NCBI GenBank assembly: GCA_964514465.1
Contig: CAZERQ010000004.1
Location: 1-45,827, forward strand
From: an uncultured Acidimicrobiales bacterium
GTDB taxonomy: Bacteria; Actinomycetota; Acidimicrobiia; Acidimicrobiales; Hopanoidiivorantaceae
Direction of reading: 5' to 3'
Length of the DNA: 45,827 nt
The position numbers and the translations under genes were made by a program. Below, in pieces: positions 42,240 through 45,827 of this stretch; the first letter of the stretch is position 1; each line of letters starts with the position of its first letter. The notes beneath the pieces were generated by a model, which saw nothing but the letters and a program-made list of their open reading frames with translations, made no database searches and was not told the DNA's origin.

Positions 42240-43225
42240 GCAACCTCCGGGCGCAGCGGTCGGCTCAGCAACGACTCATAGGCCTGCTCCGGGGTGCGCT
42301 CGCCGCGTAGCACCGCCCATACCTGTTCGCAGATCGGCAGCTCCACACCTGTCTCTGCGGCCAGCTCGGCCACCACCTCGGCCGTCCTCACACCTTCGGC
42401 CACCTGTTTCGTCTCCGCCACCACCTCGGCCAGCCCCCGTCCCTTGCCCAGCTCGATGCCCACCGACAGGTTGCGGCTCTGCGTGCTGAAGCAGGTCACC
42501 ATCAGATCGCCGATGCCGGCCAGCCCGGAAAATGTCTCGGGCGCAGCCCCCATCGCCAAGCCCAGCGACTTCATCTCGGCCAGCCCCCGGGTGACCAGCG
42601 CCGCGGTGGTGTTGCGCCCCGAACCCTGCCCCAACGCGATGCCGGCCGCCAGCGCCAGCACGTTCTTCAGCCCGCCGGCCAGCTCCACCCCGATGACGTC
42701 ATCTGAGGTGTATACCCGAAAGCTCGGTGCGGTGAACAGCTTTTGCAGCCGGCACGCGAGCTCGGCTGAGTCGCTGGCGATGACGGTTGCGGTGGGGTGC
42801 TGCTGGAGCGTCTCGCGGGCCAGGTTCGGCCCCGACAGAACCGCCACGGGATTGGGCGCAAACAGCTCCGACAGGATCTGCGAGCCACGGCTTTTGGTGC
42901 CGACTTCGAACCCCTTGGCCAGGCTCACCAGCGGCGTGTCATTGGATATGCGGCCGGACAGCTGGGCTAAGACCTGCCGGAAGGCGTGCGACGGAACGGC
43001 GGCGACCACGGCGCCCGCGCCCGACAGCACTTGGTCGAGGTCGGTGCTAGCGCAGAGACGGTCGGACAGCGGCAGGTCGCCGAGGAAGGCCGGGTTGCGG
43101 CGGTCGTCATTTATGGATTTGGCCACATCGCTGGAGCGGCACCACAGGGCTGTGGGGGTCTGGTCGGCCAGCAGGGAGGCCATGGTCGTGCCCCAGGAGC
43201 CGCCACCGATTACCGCAACTTTCAT
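42236..43225 (-). CDS. gpsA: NAD(P)H-dependent glycerol-3-phosphate dehydrogenase
   Basis: MKVAVIGGGSWGTTMA dinucleotide-binding start, LKNVLALAAGIA, LAGIGDLMVTC and RNLSVG. The ATG at 43225 matches the family N-terminus. The 54 extra codons in the track ORF cover an intergenic 18-bp repeat. Confidence 0.9.
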   Translation of the reverse strand: MKVAVIGGGSWGTTMASLLADQTPTALWCRSSDVAKSINDDRRNPAFLGDLPLSDRLCASTDLDQVLSGAGAVVAAVPSHAFRQVLAQLSGRISNDTPLVSLAKGFEVGTKSRGSQILSELFAPNPVAVLSGPNLARETLQQHPTATVIASDSAELACRLQKLFTAPSFRVYTSDDVIGVELAGGLKNVLALAAGIALGQGSGRNTTAALVTRGLAEMKSLGLAMGAAPETFSGLAGIGDLMVTCFSTQSRNLSVGIELGKGRGLAEVVAETKQVAEGVRTAEVVAELAAETGVELPICEQVWAVLRGERTPEQAYESLLSRPLRPEVA

Positions 43226-43240
43226 AGTCAATAAGTTAGC

Positions 43241-43282
43241 CTGTCTGGGATTGTTGGTCTGTCTGGGATTGCTGGCCCGTCT
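43241..43282. repeat. 18-bp tandem repeat, 2.3 copies, in the gpsA/fbiD divergent intergenic region
   Basis: CTGTCTGGGATTGTTGGT / CTGTCTGGGATTGCTGGC / CCGTCT. Confidence 0.85.
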
Positions 43283-43295
43283 AAAATTACCGGAT

Positions 43296-43889
43296 ATGGC
43301 AAGCGACGACAAGGGCACGGCGGTGCTGGTGCCGGTAAAGGCGTTCTCGCAGGCCAAGAAACGTCTGGCACCCAGCCTGCCTCCCACGCAGCGCAGCCGC
43401 CTGGCTCAGCGCATGGCCGGCCATGTCGTGGCGGTGGCCAGGCCCCTGCCGACTTTCGTGGTGTGCGACGCGCCGGAGGTGGTGGAATGGGCGCAGGGTC
43501 AGGATGTCGGAGTCATCGAGTGCGTGGGCACGGGACTGAACGCGGCGGTGGAGCGGGGCGTGGCACACATCTGCGAGCTGGGCTTCGGGCGGGTCATCGT
43601 GGCGCACGGGGACTTGCCTCTGGCGACCGGCTTTGGACGGCTGGCGCACAGGAACCACGGCATCATCATCGTGCCCGACCGCCACGACCGCGGCACCAAC
43701 GTCTTGAGCTTGCCGGCCGGATGTGGCTTCAGGTTCGCCTATGGCCCGGGGTCGTTCGGGCGACATCTGGCGGAAGCCGAGCGGCTCGGGCGGGAACTGG
43801 GGCTGGACGTCAGCGTGCTGCGCGACGACAGCTTGGGCTGGGATGTGGACGAGCCGGCGGACTTGCTGCCGCAGTTGTTGGGGGACTGA
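43296..43889 (+). CDS. fbiD: Phosphoenolpyruvate/2-phospho-L-lactate guanylyltransferase (F420 biosynthesis, CofC/FbiD)
   Basis: AVLVPVKAFSQAKKRLAP, VIVAHGDLPL, DRHDRGTNVLSL, FRFAYGPGSFGRH and DVDEPADL. It is divergent from gpsA, as I recall for Mycobacterium gpsA/fbiD. Only the 43296-43889 part of track ORF 42294-43889 is used. Confidence 0.8.
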   Translation: MASDDKGTAVLVPVKAFSQAKKRLAPSLPPTQRSRLAQRMAGHVVAVARPLPTFVVCDAPEVVEWAQGQDVGVIECVGTGLNAAVERGVAHICELGFGRVIVAHGDLPLATGFGRLAHRNHGIIIVPDRHDRGTNVLSLPAGCGFRFAYGPGSFGRHLAEAERLGRELGLDVSVLRDDSLGWDVDEPADLLPQLLGD

Positions 43890-43890
43890 G

Positions 43891-44745
43891 TCACTCCCCT
43901 GCCGGCAGCTTGCCATACAACACGTCCGTCCCCAAAGCCGGCTCCACGAACGCAGTGAAGTTGGGCCCACGCCGCAGGCTGTGTCCGCCGTCCACATTAA
44001 TCACCTCGCCGGTTATCCAGCGCGACTCGGGGCCGATCAAAAACCGGGCCAGGTGGCCCACGTCCTCGGGCTGGCCCACATCGCCCAGCGGAGTGTTGTG
44101 GATGTAGCTGTCATAGACTTCGCCCTGGCGGGGAATGTTCTCCATTATCTCGGTGGCGATGAAGCCCGGGCGGATGGCGTTGAAGCGGAGCTTGGACGGG
44201 CCGTATTCGTCGGCGGCGTTGCGGCAGATGGCCTCGATGCCGGCCTTGCCCGCGGTGTAGGCGCCGAACCACAGGTGCGTCTGGTGCCCGGCGATGGACG
44301 ACATCCCCACGAAGGATCCGCCGCCGGCCGCCACCATGTGAGGCACGCTGTGCTTGACGCAGAGCATGGTGCCCAGCACGTTGAGGTGCAGCACCCGCAG
44401 ATATTCCTGGGTGTCGAGCAGGTGGTGCGGGCCCATGCCGCCTCCCCCGCCGGCGTTGGCTACCACCCCGTTGAGCGTGCCGGTCGGCTCGGCTGCTGCG
44501 GCCATGGCGGCGGCCACTTGGGCTTCGTTGGTGACGTCGCAGATGAGGTGGCGGACGCTGCCGCCGTTGCCGGTGCTGGTTGCTGTTGCCTGGAGCCGTT
44601 CGGCTGAGTTGATGAGGCTGGCTTCGGTTCGCCCGCAGATTGTGACGGCCGCGCCGTCGGCGACGAGGGCGGCCGCGCATGCGTGTCCGATGCCGGTGCC
44701 GCCGCCGGTGACGAGTATGCCGTGGTCTTTTAGGGTTGCTGCCAT
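43891..44745 (-). CDS. Short-chain dehydrogenase/reductase (SDR)
   Basis: ILVTGGGTGIGHACA, ANAGGGG, SSIAG, catalytic YTAGKAG and IRPGFI. SD GGAGA lies 7 nt upstream. Confidence 0.85.
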   Translation of the reverse strand: MAATLKDHGILVTGGGTGIGHACAAALVADGAAVTICGRTEASLINSAERLQATATSTGNGGSVRHLICDVTNEAQVAAAMAAAAEPTGTLNGVVANAGGGGGMGPHHLLDTQEYLRVLHLNVLGTMLCVKHSVPHMVAAGGGSFVGMSSIAGHQTHLWFGAYTAGKAGIEAICRNAADEYGPSKLRFNAIRPGFIATEIMENIPRQGEVYDSYIHNTPLGDVGQPEDVGHLARFLIGPESRWITGEVINVDGGHSLRRGPNFTAFVEPALGTDVLYGKLPAGE

Positions 44746-44822
44746 GTTTGTCTCCGTCTGGTTTTTGGTTTTGCTAATTTGTTTAAGCTAGCACATCACA
44801 ATCCAGCACAGGAGGTGCAACC

Positions 44823-45704
44823 ATGTCCACGCCAGCTTCACCCCAGCCAAACTCTGTCCCCACCGCCGGCGCATCCAATGTTCCCGCGGGTGCGCTGGAC
44901 GCCTTCCAGCTGGACGGCAAGACGGCTGTGCTGACAGGTGTGGCCAGCGGCATCGGGGCTGCCACCGCCGAGCTGTTCGCCCAAGCCGGAGCCAATGTCG
45001 TTGGCGGCGACATCAACGCGGCGGCGGGTCGGGCAACTGTGGACGGAATAGGTGAGAGGCTGGCGGGCGCGGGCGCGGCGGGCCAGGCCATATTCGCTGA
45101 GGCCGACGTCACCCGGCGCGAAGACGTGGACGCACTGATTGACCGGGCGCTGGGAGAATTCGGCCGGGTGGACATCGTGGCCAACATCGCCGGAGCCATG
45201 TTCCCCGGTCTGCTCGAGGACGTCAAGGACGACCAGATTGACGCCGGCATCGACCTCAACATACGCAGCGTCATCTATGGCTGCCAGGCCGGTGTGCGGG
45301 CCATGAAGGATCAGGGCTCGGGCGTCATCATCAATGTTTCGTCTGGTGCGATCGATCTGGCCTATGAGGGCATCGGTATCTATGCCTTCACCAAGGCTTC
45401 GGTGGCCATGCTGACCATGACTTTGGCCAAGGAGGTCGGCAAATATGGCATTCGGGTCAACGCCATTGCGCCTGGTTCGACCCTGACTCCGTTCACCACC
45501 TGGCGGCTCCACAAAGATGACGGCAGCTTGGATCAGGCGGCCTATGACGAGTTCATCGAGTTCGCCAAGGGGATGTCGCCGCTGGGGGTCTATGGCGAGG
45601 CGTTGGATCAGGCGTATCTGATGTTGTATCTGGCTTCTGAGGCGGGGCGGTTCTGCCACGGCAACATCTTCCGCAGCAACGGCGGCCAGACGATGATGTG
45701 GTGA
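44823..45704 (+). CDS. Short-chain dehydrogenase/reductase (SDR)
   Basis: AVLTGVASGIGAATAELFA, ANIAG, VSSGA, catalytic YAFTKAS and IAPGST. SD AGGAGG lies 7 nt upstream of the ATG. Confidence 0.85.
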   Translation: MSTPASPQPNSVPTAGASNVPAGALDAFQLDGKTAVLTGVASGIGAATAELFAQAGANVVGGDINAAAGRATVDGIGERLAGAGAAGQAIFAEADVTRREDVDALIDRALGEFGRVDIVANIAGAMFPGLLEDVKDDQIDAGIDLNIRSVIYGCQAGVRAMKDQGSGVIINVSSGAIDLAYEGIGIYAFTKASVAMLTMTLAKEVGKYGIRVNAIAPGSTLTPFTTWRLHKDDGSLDQAAYDEFIEFAKGMSPLGVYGEALDQAYLMLYLASEAGRFCHGNIFRSNGGQTMMW

Positions 45705-45827
45705 GGGGCGCGGGCTGGCGCGGACGGCTGTGGCTGCGCGGCGGTCAGGCGCGGAGGACGGCTGGCGCGGACGGGGCGGCTAGCGCAAAATCTCCGTGGC
45801 GGCGAACACCCGCCAGCCGACATCGGG

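Noticed and set aside
42294-43295. 5' two-thirds of the 531-aa plus-strand track ORF 42294-43889
   Set aside because: This part is antisense to gpsA and Ser/Pro/Ala-rich. Only the segment from the ATG at 43296 shows CofC/FbiD motifs.
43723-45659. Plus-strand ORF 43723-44607 (294 aa) and minus-strand ORF 44838-45659 (273 aa)
   Set aside because: Each is antisense to an SDR gene that has a TGxxxGxG / YxxxK motif set and its own Shine-Dalgarno.
45780-45827. Possible 3' end of a minus-strand gene entering from the right edge (...PDVGWRVFAATEILR-stop); also track ORF 45608-45823
   Set aside because: Only about 15 codons are visible, so the call cannot be supported. The 71-aa track ORF is in another frame, is Pro/Arg/Ala-rich and spans a 47-bp-spaced direct repeat (GGCTGGCGCGGACGG at 45713 and 45760).

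Overview
This is a high-GC chromosomal segment with actinobacterial-type housekeeping synteny: alaS-ruvX-mltG, divergent gpsA/fbiD, rsgA, and paired DUF21-CBS genes. I support 30 protein-coding genes. I found no rRNA, tRNA, CRISPR array, transposase or integrase. The outstanding feature is an 11.7-kb minus-strand gene (20608-32301). It encodes a 3,897-aa signal-peptide-bearing protein built from 17 clear and 1 degenerate copies of a module I cannot assign to any known repeat family. Each module opens with a YFTPxVxIxVP strand, then has an acidic DxDxDG-like loop and an APRLVNQPAAY motif, and closes with CxYxVxWP. Each carries one Cys pair. The modules are organised into roughly 500-aa di-module super-repeats, separated by two alternating junction types. 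One junction type is a helical 'LTDxEI' cassette. The gene is visibly less GC-rich than its neighbours. It sits directly downstream of the mltG end of the alaS-ruvX-mltG block, where I recall aro genes following mltG in Mycobacterium. A second recurring signal is short tandem duplication with a preferred 18-bp period. It occurs at eight or more unrelated loci, both in-frame inside housekeeping genes and in intergenic DNA. Smaller items: two low-GC islets (37756-38434 and 39179-40468), the second carrying a two-gene unit with a minimal nucleotidyltransferase (candidate TA/defence pair); a protein with a 48-bp x3 Pro/Arg repeat; two C9 tracts upstream of an acyl-CoA synthetase; a CoA-centred gene cluster with a double crotonase-like protein; and a G-quadruplex motif. 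All family calls come from motifs read by eye. No database search was possible.
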